In this document: in pieces, positions 36,720-50,776 of the stretch
How the letters are laid out: each line of letters starts with the position of its first letter
Position numbering within the stretch: the first letter of the stretch is position 1
DNA from: Octopus sinensis
Lineage: Eukaryota
Assembly (NCBI RefSeq): GCF_006345805.1
Contig: NC_043001.1
Span: forward strand, 67,704,001-67,768,000
DNA: 64,000 nt
Reading direction: 5' to 3'
The notes under the pieces: model-generated
Databases searched by the model: none
The model's input: only the letters and a program-made list of their open reading frames with translations
What the model was told of the DNA's origin: nothing
Made by a program: the position numbers and the translations under genes

Positions 36720-37720
36720 TAGTATTGGTAAAATAGTAAGATACCACTGGTCTATGGTATGCCTGAGGAAATAACAGCAGCATTTATAAAGCTCTGTAAC
36801 AACACTAAATCAACAGTAAGATCCCCAGACATCAAACTCAAAGTATCTCAGGGTGACACACTGGTACCTTTTCTCTTAATGATTACTATGAATTATGTCC
36901 TCAGAACATCACTTGACAATCTAAATAGTCTTAGTTTTACACTCGTAAAAAGAAGATTGATCAGACATCCAGCTCAGAAAATAACTGATGTAGACTATAC
37001 CGATGAATTAGCTTTGACACAATATCAAACTCTACCCAATTACTTCATGGTCTAAAATTAGCTGCACATGGTGTTGGACTACTTGTTAATCCTAGTAAAA
37101 CCAAACTCATTGTTCTCATTCAACAAGGAACCATCATCAACATCAGTAAAGATCCCATCAGTCAAGATGATGATTTCATGTACCTCAGTTCTGAGATAGC
37201 CTGAACTAAAAAAAAAGACAAAACCTAGGATAGCCAAAGCATGGCTGGTGTTAAACAAATTGGATGTTGTCTGGGAATTAAACTTGTCAGACAACTTTAA
37301 GAGGAAATTTTTCTTTGCATCAGTAGAGTCAGTCCTTTTAAATGGGGCAACATCCTGGACATGGAGAACTTATACCTGAATGTTTAGAGCAGTCTTAAAC
37401 ATATCTTGGAGGACTCATACTGCAAAAAAACCCCCCAAAACCCCCAGCTGTATGGAAATATCTAGCTTGTTTCTATCATTATACGGGAAAGGTGTTTGCA
37501 CTTTGTAGGATATTGCTGATGAGCTAAACAAGAGCTGGCAAGTGACTGACTGCTATGGATACCAAAGCAGGGCCATACTAGAGCAGGTTGTTCAAACAGT
37601 GTATGCAGATCAACTCACAAGAGACACTGGATGCTTCCATGAAGGAAGACGTCTCCCAACTAATGCAGGACTGGCATGCACAGGCTAAAAATAGCCGAGC
37701 AAGCATGACCAGATAATAAT
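36720..37720 (+). mobile_element. Decayed RTE/RTEX-like LINE fragment (RT domain and C-terminus)
   Basis: VSQGDTLVPFLLMITMNYVLR..RHPAQKITDVDYTDELAL (RT domains 4-5 with decayed YADD), then FMYLSS and VESVLLNGATSW-like motifs. Confidence 0.8.
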
Positions 37721-39559
37721 CAACACTTCTCCCAAAATGTCAGGCCTTCTACAACTGCTTGTTGTTCCCAATAACAAGTAGTGTAACCTTGCTTCTCATC
37801 TATTTCCAGTTATCCAACACAGGGAGCATTTTCAGGTATGTTCTATCATAATGCACCCTGTCCTTCTCATTCTATCTCTTTCATGGCTCAGTAATGTTTA
37901 TTCTATAATTCTCTCCACAACTATCATCAACTCTCACAACTTTATATCTCTTATCATCATACTCAATTTCTCTCATCTAGATACTTATATAAAGAAAGTG
38001 TTTGCATGTTGACTGCTAATAGCAGTAAATAAAATAGGAAATAATTTAGGTTTTTTGTGTGTTTTCTACTAATATGGCCTCCAACATGCTCACTATGGTC
38101 TTTTTTTTTTCTAAAAATGGGTTTAGGTAGGGTGGATAAATTGCCATTCTTGAATTATAAGGGTCCTTTTACAGGTCCCTTTTTGTTACAAGTTAAATTA
38201 TAATTATTGCATGTATGCCATGATGTTATTCTGATAGCAAAAATATATTTCCAGAATTATCTGTAATATGACAGGCAATACTCTAGTTGCCTTACAATTT
38301 GCATACAATGTCAAGACAAGAAATGTACGGTCTATTTTTTTCCTTTTTACTTCAGTAACTTTACTTTTAAACCTTATACTTATTAAGTTGCTCCCTTTTG
38401 ATGAATTGCTAAGTCATGGGGATGTAAACAAACTAGTACTGTTTGTAAAGTGGTAGTGGGGACTAACACACACACAATGGGCTTCAACACAATAACTGTC
38501 AAGTAAATTCACTCACAAAGCATTGGTCAGCCCAGTACTATATAAAAATCACTTGCCCAAGGTGCTATGTAGTGGGACTAAACTCAAAAGCTTGTAGTTG
38601 CAAAGTAGCTTCTTAATCACAGAGCCACGCTCACCTTCCCTCTTCCTTTCTGTTTCCAGGAAACTAATGTAAAACAAATGAAAGAATTGTTTCAACGATT
38701 AAGATATTTTTCATTCTTGGAATATTACCATGTTGTGATTTGAGACTCACAAACTGGATACTTGTAGCTTCCTAGTTAACAAGAATGCTGCAGTTTAATT
38801 AGTTTCCAACCTTTAATCATTGATTCCATTGATGGAGTGCCAACTTTTAGTAGATATGTTCTTCAAGAAAGAATTTATAAGGTTTTCTTTTATCTTTCAA
38901 ATACTGAGAGACTTATAAAACTTATGGTACACTACAGGTACAAGCATGGCAGTGTAGTAAAAAGTTTTCTTCCCAACCACACAGTTTCAGATTCAGTCCC
39001 ACTAAATGAGAGCTGGCGACAGAAAGGATATATGATCTTAGAAAATCTGACTCAATAAATGGACACTATAACAATGATTACACACACAAAGATACACATT
39101 AGATTATTATGTGTTTGAAAAACAGGGAAAAATCAAAGTAATGATGTGTGCATCAATTTTTATCATGTTCAAGTAGATTGAAACATGAATATGGCTTTTC
39201 ACTGTTGGATTTCATCCCAGACAACGTCTCCTTAAAGACAATGTGTAGAGGAACATGTTCACTACAAGTGATGTCAGTGGACAATTAGACACCAGTGTTT
39301 CAATGTGGTCACATCTCCTCAGTAATAGACACTACCTGGCTGTTTGGAGTTAGTTAGGAACAACTGTTCCTATCTATAGAAAGTAATAAACAAAATATGC
39401 TGATGCCAAACTGATTATTAAATAATAAAAGGCATGCAAAACAGCAATCAACAAAACAATGTATACATCATTCTTAACATGTTCTGGCAAACCTAAGCAT
39501 TGAACATTGATGTTTAAACCTGCTGGAATGTGTTAAGAATGGTTGTACTCATCAATACA

Positions 39560-39739
39560 CAGGTATCCCCTGTATTATGGAAGTGTTGCATTCCTGTCTT
39601 AATGTGATGCTTTTGTTATGAACAATGTATTTTCAACAGACTTCTATGGAACATGGAACTCAACAATCCACATTTTAGAATTCCAGCATACAGTTAAATT
39701 TTCAGGAATGTAACATTCCTATAATGTGGAAGAAGCCTG
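39560..39739. mobile_element. Old pogo/Tigger-like MITE
   Basis: Degenerate TIRs CAGGTATCCCC..ATTAT and ATAAT..GAAGCCTG|TA; internal inverted GTTGCATTCCTG and CAGGAATGTAAC. Confidence 0.45.
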
Positions 39740-40315
39740 TACACACACACACCAAAATACAAAGAAAATAGTGCCAGTAAAATGTGCCAAAAGTGGTAAC
39801 TCAATATCTAAAGATACATTGTTAAGGGATATTTAGTATCCCTTAACAAAAAGCAACCCAGCTAAAACTGTGCCCTCTGTGAGCAGATATTTACAAATAG
39901 CCTACTACTGCAGTGATGACCTATCTTTATTTCTGATTGGTCCATTTACCATTATAGCTGAGAATTCAGTTGAGTGTCACACCTCAAATTCCCAGTAAAT
40001 AACCAAAATGTGAGTGTGGGGTGAGTGTGTGCATGTGTGTGTGTGTGTGTGCGCGCGTAGTTCAAATTTACAGTAAACAAAAGACAAAGACTGGTGAAGG
40101 AACAACAAGCAGGTGTATTAGTTTAACACTCAGGAGAATGGAAAAATCGTAGACATTTCAACAGAAAGGGTTGAGAGAAAAAAAAAAAAGGAAAGAGAAG
40201 AAAATGAAGAGAGAAAAAAATGTGTAGGAATTAAAGGTTCAACATGATGAAAACAATATATATATATACACACAACCAGAGAATACAACAAATTTAAAAA
40301 CAGCATAAATATTTT

Positions 40316-40416
40316 TGTGAATATAAGCCATTAAATACGAAAGAGGAAACACAGACCAGAGCAAATGTGAATATAAGCCATTAAATACGAAAGAGGAAAC
40401 ACAGACCAGAGCAAAT
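40316..40416. repeat. Perfect 50-bp tandem duplication
   Basis: TGTGAATATAAGCCATTAAATACGAAAGAGGAAACACAGACCAGAGCAAA occurs twice. Confidence 0.9.
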
Positions 40417-40644
40417 CCCTGAATAGAGTGTGTGGCACAAAATCCTCCCTTATTTTACGTAGTCATCAAGGTGATGCTTATGTAATTGTATAACAGTGTC
40501 CGTATAGCTGATGTTTGATGTGTTTGTTTTTATTTACATTTATGGTTTAAATTGATGTGGGTTTGCTGCAAGGAAGGTTAATTTGGGTGGATTTTTGCCC
40601 ACTCTCTTTTAGAGGAAACATAGACCAAAATAAGCTATGTATCA

Positions 40645-40809
<165 letters not shown>

Positions 40810-42294
40810 TTAATTACAAGTATATTTGATCAACAAACTGTTACACAGAGTGGAATACACACACAAACACCAGCTTCATGAACAGAGACTCAAAGAACAT
40901 CCTTCAATGAAGGACCTGTATACAGACACACACACACGTGTGTGTGTGTGTATATATATATATGGGACAAGAATGCAAAACATCCAGATAGTTAGGTGAT
41001 ACAAAAATGGGACAACACAACATCCAGATAGACGATACAAAGAAAACAAGGATGGGTCATTCAAAGTTTTCTTTCCTCAGTCAAGTACCAGATTATCTTC
41101 GCAATTTTGGCTATATAGATGAGGGTGAGTCAGAAAGTAATGCAATTTTTTCACCCTTGGATACTGCTGATGTCATAAAAAATAATAAACTTTAGAGAGA
41201 ATGTGGAATAATTGGAATTAGATCTTGAAGTACATATAAAGCTACAAATAATAGCATGTACATGTTGTCATGTATACAGGAGCAGCATTCAAATTTCAGG
41301 GGTTTTCAAACCTAATATTTACATATTTGTAGTTTTACATGATCCAATTCTAAAAAAGAAATATCAAGACACTTTATTTCATGTTGCTCCAGTTCACTCA
41401 GCTGTAGAAATAAGTTGTGATGTCACTGGTGCCAAACTGTATTGGCCTTTGCCATTCCCTTGGACAACATCGGTGGCATGGAGAAGGGAGGCTGGTATGC
41501 ATAGGTGACTACTGTTCTTCCATAAACAACTTTGCTCGGACTTGTGCCTTGGAGGGTAACTTTCTAGGTGCGATCTCATGGTCATGCATGACCGAAGGTG
41601 GCCCTATTCTATCTCTATATATTTTATATATTATTATAATACAATAAGCCTTGCAAAAAACTTACAACTCAGGGTTTCCTGGTCAAAATATTCATTTTGT
41701 CATCCGTCAAAATGGTGAAAACAACAAGATGGTGCAAGTTCGTCTTTCCATCGCAGCATGGATTTCTGAGGCATTGTTTTACAACTGCATACCCATCCTA
41801 TTGCTAGATCATACCTAGTTTTCGAGCAAGCAATGTCTTATTCCATGTAATTTTGACAGTACAAAGCAAGAAGAACTGACAAAAACAACACTACCCATAC
41901 ATCACAACTTTTGTAGAAGTGAGCAAAATATAAACAGACACATGCAAATATAAGGACACAGTCCTGTACTATACATTTTACATATAAATACGACAACTTA
42001 AAACTCTGAAATACCATTACAAATTCTTAACACACCATCTCTAATAACGCTCTAATGATGGTCTGATTTATTTATTACATTACTTAAAAACAGTCAGTTT
42101 GAATCCTAGAAACTAGTGGCAGCCCCTGAAGGGCTGGTAAGAAAAGGGTTAAAGCTGCCTTGAAAAAAAACAAAAGGATAATCCTGTATTATTTACCATT
42201 TTATAAGGAACACCTAGCAAGTAAACCTGTTCATTTTACTTTAGATAGTAAAAGGGTTAAAATCATGAAGCTGCAACTTCTAAGTCCTTTGGCC

Positions 42295-42660
42295 TGACCA
42301 GCAACATTGTATGGGTGTGAAATATGGATGACTCACACCAAACAAGCGAGGGTGCTTGAGATGACCTGCTATAGATGAACTGTGAATTAGTTGAGTGGCC
42401 TGTAGAACAGATGACTTGGTGCAGGAAGATAAGGGAGTAGAATAAAAATTCGTGATAGTGATTAGACAGTAAAAATTACAATATTTTGGCCTTGTTATCT
42501 TTGACTGCATCATCAGCGGCTGGATGGATGGAAATTGTCTCACAGGTGACAAAGATGAAGAATGAATGATGACATCAAGGACCAGATGGAGAGGAACCTG
42601 GGAGAACATGATGTGGTGGGTGTGCCCAAGGTCTCTAAGTCCTGCCCCACCTTCACACCC
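42295..42660 (+). mobile_element. Decayed RTE-like LINE C-terminal fragment
   Basis: PATLYGCEIW..LEMTCYR motif. Confidence 0.55.
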
Positions 42661-42816
42661 TATCCATAAAAATAAAACAGGTATACTCATACACTGACTC
42701 ATTCATTCATTCATGCAATTAAATGCTAAGTTAAAATTCTTTGACCGAAATCAAAATTTCAAAATTAAAATCAATTAAAAATGTACTTCTATATTTAAGA
42801 GATGAGGAATTATGTG

Positions 42817-43157
42817 CATTATTTACATTCAACGGATATTTGTCCTCATCTTGTTTGTTGTTAACACAACGTTTCGGCTGATATACCCTCCAGCCGTCTT
42901 CAGGTGTCTTGGGGAAATTTCAAACCTGGGTTCTCATTCCTAAGGTAGCTATCGATGTTATTATTATTGTTATTATTGACCTGAACAACAACAATAATAA
43001 TAATAACAATAACAACATCAAAAAAGACCTTAGGAATGAGAACCCAGGTTTGAAATTCCCCCAAGACACCTGAAGAAGGTTGGAGGGTATATCAGCTGAA
43101 ATTGTTGTGTTAACAACAAACAAGATGAGGACAAATATCCGTTGAATGTAAATAATG
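42817..43157. mobile_element. Inverted pair of Penelope-like terminal repeats (~130-bp arms, (TAA/TTG)n spacer)
   Basis: 42817-42946 is the reverse complement of 43027-43157 with a few mismatches; each arm carries a hammerhead-type motif characteristic of PLE pseudo-LTRs. Confidence 0.75.
42863..42908 (-). ncRNA. Minimal type I hammerhead ribozyme motif (Penelope-type)
   Basis: GACAC-CUGAAGA-C-GGCUG-GAGGGUAUAU-CAGCC-GAAACGUU-GUGUU: stem I GACAC/GUGUU, stem II GGCUG/CAGCC, conserved core CUGANGA and GAAA, palindromic ACGU stem III. Confidence 0.75.
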
Positions 43158-43322
43158 TAAATAAAAATGTGTAGCTGAAATTTTACTTTATAAAATTTCT
43201 TTATTTAAATTCAAAATTTTATTTCAGATCTGACCCACTACAGCACCCCATTTCAGTTTTAGGAGACAAAAAAAGAGTATATAGCACATTAAGAAGTCAG
43301 TTCCTGAAATGTGTAAACTTAC

Positions 43323-43386
43323 CAAATATCTCTCCTTTTGGGGCATATTCTGTCACCAAGTAGAGCATTTTCTTAGTTTCCATCAC
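43323..43386 (-). CDS. SIK2: SIK exon (64 bp), hinge region
   Basis: VMETKKMLYLVTEYAPKGEIF+G; TTTGCAG acceptor, GTAAGT donor. Confidence 0.96.
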
Positions 43387-44579
43387 CTGCAAAGTAAAAA
43401 TAGAAGGGCAGGGCTTAGGAAAGAATCCCAAATAAAGCATAAAAAATATAGGTGCAGGTATGGTTGTGTGGATATTGGGGTTGGGGTTCTCTTTGTGGAA
43501 CTGGTAGCTGGAAACAGTATGGAAGCTGTGAGTGTGTATTTGTGTGTGAATGTTTACATTCTACATCCATACATGAAAAGGATTAAGCAAAACACACACA
43601 CAACCACCCCACCAAAAGTGAAATGGTGAAATTTGTTGACATTACTTGTTGACAAATCGCCCTATAACACTGCACTTTCAAAATGAAAAAAAAAATCCCC
43701 TTACTTGGCAAACAGTTAAGGATTAGTGACAGGAAATGTATCTGGTTGTAAAACAACACCTCAAAATGTATTCATTCAATATATACTAGCATGGAAAGAT
43801 GGACATAAAGTAAATGATAAATGCTAAAATAATTCCCTGATTATAGGAATTTGTGAACAGAAATTGATTGTTAAACTGATAAATGCTTTTATTTGGATAT
43901 TCCGATTAAACTTAATAGAAGTTAGATCGAGTTAGCACATTTGTGACTTACACAGGCATCTAAAACAATTAGCAAAGCATGGAACATGTCACCAAATCAA
44001 ACCCAATGTCAATGACAACTATGGTTGTTTATCAAGTGCAGCACTAATTTTTATGATCTCCACTGGGTTACAAAGTCAAACAGGGTGTGATTTGAAGGAG
44101 ATTTACCTGCTATTTCTAACACTTTAAACAACCACATAGAGAGGCTTCTCACTAGCGTGAGTGAAGTAAAGATTTGTCTTCTGTGTGCTGCTTGACAGGA
44201 TTTAATCAAATGGAGGTTACTTTTGTGTTGTATACAGGGTCAGCAGATGTCTGGAGCAGAAATACCACCCTTAACGTTAAACCTGATACAGGTGATGTAA
44301 CTGAATACATAGTAAATATGTAGCTTAAATGAGTCTGTGGGGGCAGGGGAGAGCGGGGTCAAGAGTGTGAACATTTATGTTGATTAGTGTTGTAGATAGG
44401 AACATGACTAGAGAGACAGAGGGAAAATGAAAGCTGGTAGGGTGGCGAAAGTGAGTTATAATAGCTTAACTAATCATAATTACTAAATTTAATAAGATTT
44501 ATTAATAGTTTCTGGAACTAGGGAATGATTCAAATGAGTTAAAAATAATTACATATTGTCATTTGTGATGGCATGATTT

Positions 44580-45960
44580 ATATGAAACTGTACAGGTGGT
44601 GGGGTATGTATATAAGTCCATTGGAATTTTGAGAAATGCTTGTCATCCAGCACTTAAACAAACCACCAAACTTTCTTTGGCACTGGACAAATATTCCAGG
44701 AGAGATCTTACTTCTGTACAAAAGTGCCTCATCACCACATCACAGAGGGATGGAATTCAGTGTACATACCTCAACTTTGGAAGGATTCTAACATTGTCAT
44801 TGTTAACAAAAACAAAGTTTGCGCTAACATTATGTTCATAGTACTGCTACTCATTATTGGGAAAATCTGGCCAAGGTTCAGAAAACACTATACCAAAGTC
44901 ACAATGTGGTTTCCACAGAGTCTGTGAAACAGTGAGCATGAACTTCATTAGAAGGAAAACTTCAAGAGATGAACATCAGGATCAGTTCATTACCTTCATT
45001 GACGCATGAAAGAGTTTTGGTATTGTAAACGGAATTTTTGTAGGATGTTCTCAGAAAGTTTAGTCACTTGTCCCAAATTTTATTTGGGAATCTACACCAG
45101 TTCCATAGAGATGATAGCTGTATTTGTTGTTGAAAGGTGTATATTAGTGCACTTCAGTATAAAAACTGGAATTAGACAAGGTTATCAGTTGGCTCCTGTA
45201 TTATTTAATATCTTCCACATCAGTGCCACAACACTACTATACAGATGGAAAGGGAAGAAAGAATTCCTGTTAGGTACAATTAATAACTTTAACTAAAATT
45301 TAATGAGAATGACTTCAGCATCAGGTTACCATCAAGACTGGATTTGAACAAAACATTGTACTATGGTATGTGGTTAACTGTATCCTCATAGCTTATACTA
45401 CACTATGAGACAACTGTAGCCTGGTAGCACACACTCCACTACAAGATATTATGAAAAAATGGTTAAACAGACAATTCAGTTTCCAGAAAACTGAGGTCAT
45501 TTGCTTGTAGTCCCCTGCACTACCTTCTCTTTTTATTTTCATCAGAAATCTTGGCAGTATCAGTACCAATGACTATTCACTGGACAGGGATTCTAAACTA
45601 CCTCTGGAAGGCTCAGGAAAAAAAATCTTGACAACCTAGCCTCCACATGAAGGTTTGTCTACCAAGAATACTTATATGAGTATGAAACATGGTCCATACA
45701 TCACCAACATATTGAGACTCCTAGAGGCCTTTAATATCCTGTATCTTTAATACATGATCCTTTCATTCCCCTGGTGAGGTAGGTTTACAAAGAGAAATCT
45801 TCCCTAAATCAACAGCAGCAAAACTGAATCCATATGAAACAGAGCTTTGACTGAGATGAATCAAGTATGTATTACACATTCCTCATGCAGCATCTTCTGT
45901 GCCCATGTATACCACAGCCAAAGCTAAGTTGAAGGACTAAAGATGTGGTTCACAGGCTTC
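44580..45960 (+). mobile_element. Ancient RTE/BovB-like LINE fragment
   Basis: QCGF-like site near 44901, CPKF, FSIKTGIRQGYQLAPVLFNIF, then decayed C-terminal motifs. Confidence 0.65.
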
Positions 45961-45981
45961 TTTGAAGAGCAACAATATTAA

Positions 45982-46420
45982 CCCTTAGAGCCCATAACAC
46001 CAGTATAGAGGTGGCAATGCTAGATGCCCACATGCCATAGCACCAGTAAAATGGTGTGGGGGTCATTGAGTGCAGCATCTGTTTGTGCTTTGATCCACCA
46101 ATCAGAATGTCTGTTACATCTGAAAGAAGGACAATATGCCTGTTTCCTGTTCCAATTGTTTTGGTATGTTCTTGCAGAAATAGGAAATTTTACAATGGAA
46201 CAATCTCTAGTGTTGAAAATGAGCCTGGGCCATCAAAATCAAAATGCAAGAACCAGCAGCTATACATTGCCAGTCAAGTGTTTACATACTGGATAAATTC
46301 AATGAATTAGATACCAAAGATGATGCACATTACCCAGATAGTGACTTGGAATCTGTTTCTGACAATGACAGGCACAGTGTAAAGTGAAGGCAATGACAGT
46401 GAAAATGATTTGAAAAATGA
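45982..46420 (+). mobile_element. Possible piggyBac-like 5' end remnant
   Basis: TTAA|CCCT terminus at 45978-45985, followed by an acidic DDAHYPDSDLESVSDND stretch; no catalytic domain seen. Confidence 0.3.
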
Positions 46421-47018
46421 ATCCAGAGGTGCAAAAACGAGGCATCACAGGGTTCCACATTTTGGTCTGGTTGGTACAGCAAGGTGGAACATTGGCATTA
46501 AAACACTGATAATTACAAATAAAGTGTTTGCATGCTTTGTAGCCAAATGACACTGTTGAAATTGTATCATATATATAAAAGTTATGATAGCCTTGCTTCT
46601 AATCTCTGTCAGAATCAGGCACAGGATGAAATAGCACCAAAGAGGTCAGGGCTTAAAGTGCTAACCCTTCAACTGTGGAAGATATTGCTAGTCACTTGTT
46701 ATATTTGGTGGACTCCCTGTTGGAAGGAAGTTGAATATATGGAGGTGGAGAGATTCATTTAGCAAAACCAGGAGTATCAAGAAAAGAGGAATTTATAGAG
46801 TAATATCTCATCTCTTTGACTAAACACTTATGTGTCCTGTTCGTAAATGAAGTTGTATATCAAGGATTGGGATGTGCAGTCATCAAAGAATCTGTAATTT
46901 AGGTCATCACTGGAGTTGATGCAAGTAAGTATGTATGCAGATGTGCATGTACTTGTGCACAAATAGATGGGAGTGCATATTAATTGAATGTATGTAGGTT
47001 TGTGTATATGTGTGCACA

Positions 47019-47081
<63 letters not shown>

Positions 47082-47514
47082 ATGTATGTATGTATGTAGA
47101 GGAGAAACAAAGAAAGGATTGATGTGAATAAGCAAATAAGGAAACTGTCAAATGAACTTAAAAATGTCTTCAACAGAAATACTGTGGAGGATTAAATTAA
47201 GATTGATTAAAGAATTATATATAATAGATGGATAGTGTTAAATAGAGAGAGGAAGCTAATGAAATATGGACAGATATTTGACTTGCTGGGTAGTGAGTTT
47301 GACTGTAAAACTACATGGTTTTGAGTTTGATAGTACTCCAGGTTACGTGGTTGCACTTTACATAGATGTTGATTTGTCACACTTGAAATCATAAAATCTA
47401 GTGAACCATTAATATGAGAGCCACAAGGAACCTGTCACCAGTGAAGTTATTCTTCACAAAAGAGCATGTCTGCCTGTCAGTCTATCTGTCTATATATCAT
47501 GTAGGGTGTGAAGG

Positions 47515-47830
47515 TGCATGGCATTGTGGTTAGGGTACTTGGCTCACAATTGTAAAGTTGTGAGTTTGATTCCCAGTGGTGTGTTGCATCCTTGAGCAAG
47601 ATGCTTTATTTCCTGTTGCTCAAGTTCACTCAGCTGACAAAAATGAGTTGTACCTGTAATTCAAAGGGCCAACCTATTTACATTCTATGTCGTGCTGAAT
47701 CCCCCTGAGAAGTACACGAAGGGTACACATGTCTATGGAGTGCTCAGCAACTTGCATGTTACTTTCACAAGCACACTGTTTTGTTGACTGGATGAACTGT
47801 AATCCTTGTTTTCGTAATTGATGCAGTGCC
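47515..47830 (+). mobile_element. tRNA/CORE-like SINE, decayed
   Basis: TGTGGTTAGGG..GTGAGTTTGATTCCC (A/B box-like), then CCTTGAGCAAGATGCTTTATTTC; related pieces near 14950 and 16060. Confidence 0.6.
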
Positions 47831-48133
47831 AGTTTTGTTATATTTTTTCATGTAAGGAAAGTGGGTATATTAGAAGAGAGAAATTGTGAAATGTGGAGCA
47901 ATATAAAGAAGAGGAAGCTTGTGAAATATATGTGTAATATATAGAAGTGAGAGAGTAAGAGAGAGAGCATATGACATGTGAGTGTAATATACAGGAGCAT
48001 GTGTTAATAATTGGTGTCATATATAGAGGGAGGTTTGTAAGATGTATATCATTTTCTGTGGTTTCAGGTCAACTTAATGCCATGTGAGTGAATATAGGAA
48101 GACAAAAACTGAAGAGACTGTAAAAGCCAGTCA

Positions 48134-48484
<351 letters not shown>

Positions 48485-48486
48485 TC

Positions 48487-49590
48487 ACTACATAAATCTG
48501 ATCAATGTGTAATGCATGAAAGTACTAGATTATTTCAATATTGTAAAATTGTAAAAACTGCAAATAACACAACATAACAATTTTCAAAAAAAAAAAAAAA
48601 TTTATTGTATTTTTTTTATTGCTTATCACTCCATTTTTCTTGCTGATTCCAAAAATGAAACTATTTTTTGTGTATCATCAACAGTTAAAAAAATGTCGAC
48701 TTTCAATGTTATTATATATTCGATATTGTTATAATGTTCAGCTACTAAACGTATGTCTAATTTTCTTTTTCAGACCAATTACTAAGTTCTACTACTTTCA
48801 GGATGGCTACTAGAGTATGTAAAATTCTCCAGATACATTTTGCTATGTGTGTGGTTATTATATTGGAAAAAAGCAGGTATTGCATAAGAACGTGAAAGGT
48901 GCCAAATTGTGGATACGTACAGGCTCTATTTCATAATGCCCATGGGTGACCAGGACAAACCACTGCCCCACATGTGATATGTGGAAACTGTCGATCTACT
49001 CTAGAAGGATGGTTAAGAGGTACAGGAAGGTCAATGCCTTTTGCCATTCCAAGGGTATGGAGGGAGCCAAAGAACCAATGACTTACTTTTGTATGATCAA
49101 CGTGCCAAAGTACAGAAAAGTGAAAGGAAGACAAGCTCTTCAGTATCCAAACATACCATCATCTAGAGTACCTGTCCCACATGATGACAGTTTACAAGTA
49201 CCACTACAACCAGAAAATATTTCATCTGAAGAGTCAAAAAGTAGCAGCAGCCAAGAAATAGAGGAAACTTTCATACCAAGAATGACTTCAGAGCCTCACT
49301 TTCCAAATCAGAGTGAGCTAGATGATTTAATCAGAGATCTGGGTCTTACTAAGTCAGGAGATGAACTTCTTTCATTAAGGTTGAAAGAATGGAATCTACT
49401 GGGGGAAGACTGCAAGACATCTGGGTACTGGAAACACCATGAAGAATTTGAAATTTACTATGAAAATATTAATGGTCTGCGTTATTGTAAAGATGTGATT
49501 GGTTTATTTACTGCTATTGAACTCAAGCATGATTCTGCAGAATGGCGACTGTTCATAGGCAGCTCAACACGAAGTCTCAAAGCAGTGTTG
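48487..49590 (+). mobile_element. 5' part of a Chapaev3-like (CMC) DNA transposon with frameshifted transposase
   Basis: MATRVCK/SPDTFCYVCG, MGDQDK, YFCMIN, QYPNIPSSRVPVPHD, QSELDDLIRDLGLTK, EWRLFIGSSTRSLKAVL; CAC-start near 48487. The family assignment is from recalled motifs. Confidence 0.7.
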
Positions 49591-49599
49591 CCTCTTGCA

Positions 49600-50760
49600 C
49601 ACTCTATATATATAGGGATAATAAACACTGAAGATGCTTAGGAAACAGATTCCATCACATCTCAGGGGGAGAAACTAAAAGTAGTTGATAGCTTCCACTA
49701 CCTAGGTGACCAAGTCTGTAGTGGGGGTGGATGCTTGGAGAGCATTGCCACTAGAATAAGAATAGTCTGGGCAAAGTTCAGAAAGCTCTTACCTCAACTG
49801 GTGACAAAGGGCCTCTCACTCAGAGTGAAAGATAGACTATGATGCATGTGTGCGTACTGCCATGCTACACGGCAGTGAAACATGGGCCATAACTGTTGAG
49901 GATATACGTAGGCTTGAAAGAAATGAAGCTAGTATGATCCGCTGGATATGTAATGTCAGTGTGCACACACAAGAGTGTGTAATCACCCCGAGAGAAATGT
50001 TGGACATAAGAAGCATTGGATGTGGTACGCAAGTCGTGCTGCATATGGTTGAGGAGAGCTGTGTGAAGAAGTGTCACTCTCTAACAGTGGAAGGAAGCTG
50101 TAGAAGAGAGAGACTCAGGAACACATGGGGTGAGGTGGTGAAGCATGACCTTTGAATGTTGGGCCTCACAGAGGTGATGACAAGAGACCGAGACCTCTGG
50201 AACTAGGCTATGATTGAGAAGACTGGGCAAGTAAAGTGAGATCACAGCTGTAGATTTTACCAGTGTCGCATAACCAGCCCATTTAAAAAGTACCTTTGAA
50301 TTGTTGGGCGACATGCCATGCTTCAGGAGACCTACTGAGTCAAGTAAAATCAAAAGTCAAAATCAAAAATAGCAATAAGCATCATTCATGTGTGGGTCGT
50401 TGCCAGTGCCACCTGACTGACTCCCTGTGCCAGAGGCATGTAAAAAGCACCATCCGAATGTGGTCAATAGCAGTCCCCCCAACCCTGCTTGCCCCAACTG
50501 GCTACTTTGCTAGTGGCATGTAAAAAGCACCATCCAAATGTGGCTGATGCCAGTGCTGCCTGACTGGCTCCCATGCCGGTGGTACGTAAAAAGCGTCCAC
50601 TACACTCTTGGAGTGGTTGGCATTAGGAAGGGCATCCAGCTGTAGAAACCTTGCCAGATCAGATTGGAGCCTGGTGCAGCCTCCTGGCTAGCCAGTCTCC
50701 AATCAAACCATCCAACCCATGCCAGCATGAAAAACAGATGTTAAACAATGGTGATGATGA
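49600..50760 (+). mobile_element. 5'-truncated RTE LINE (same family as 12558-14403)
   Basis: GEKLKVVDSFHYLG, MLHGSETWAITVEDIRRLERNEASMIRW; 3' UTR with GTAAAAAGCACC modules; (GAT)n tail at ~50750-50760. Confidence 0.88.
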
Positions 50761-50776
50761 TATACACACATACATA

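Noticed and set aside
46828-47173. Low-complexity ORFs (YIYI/CVCV/HTHT), here and throughout the ORF track
   Set aside because: They are translations of (TA)n, (CA)n, (TATG)n and (CAT)n microsatellites.
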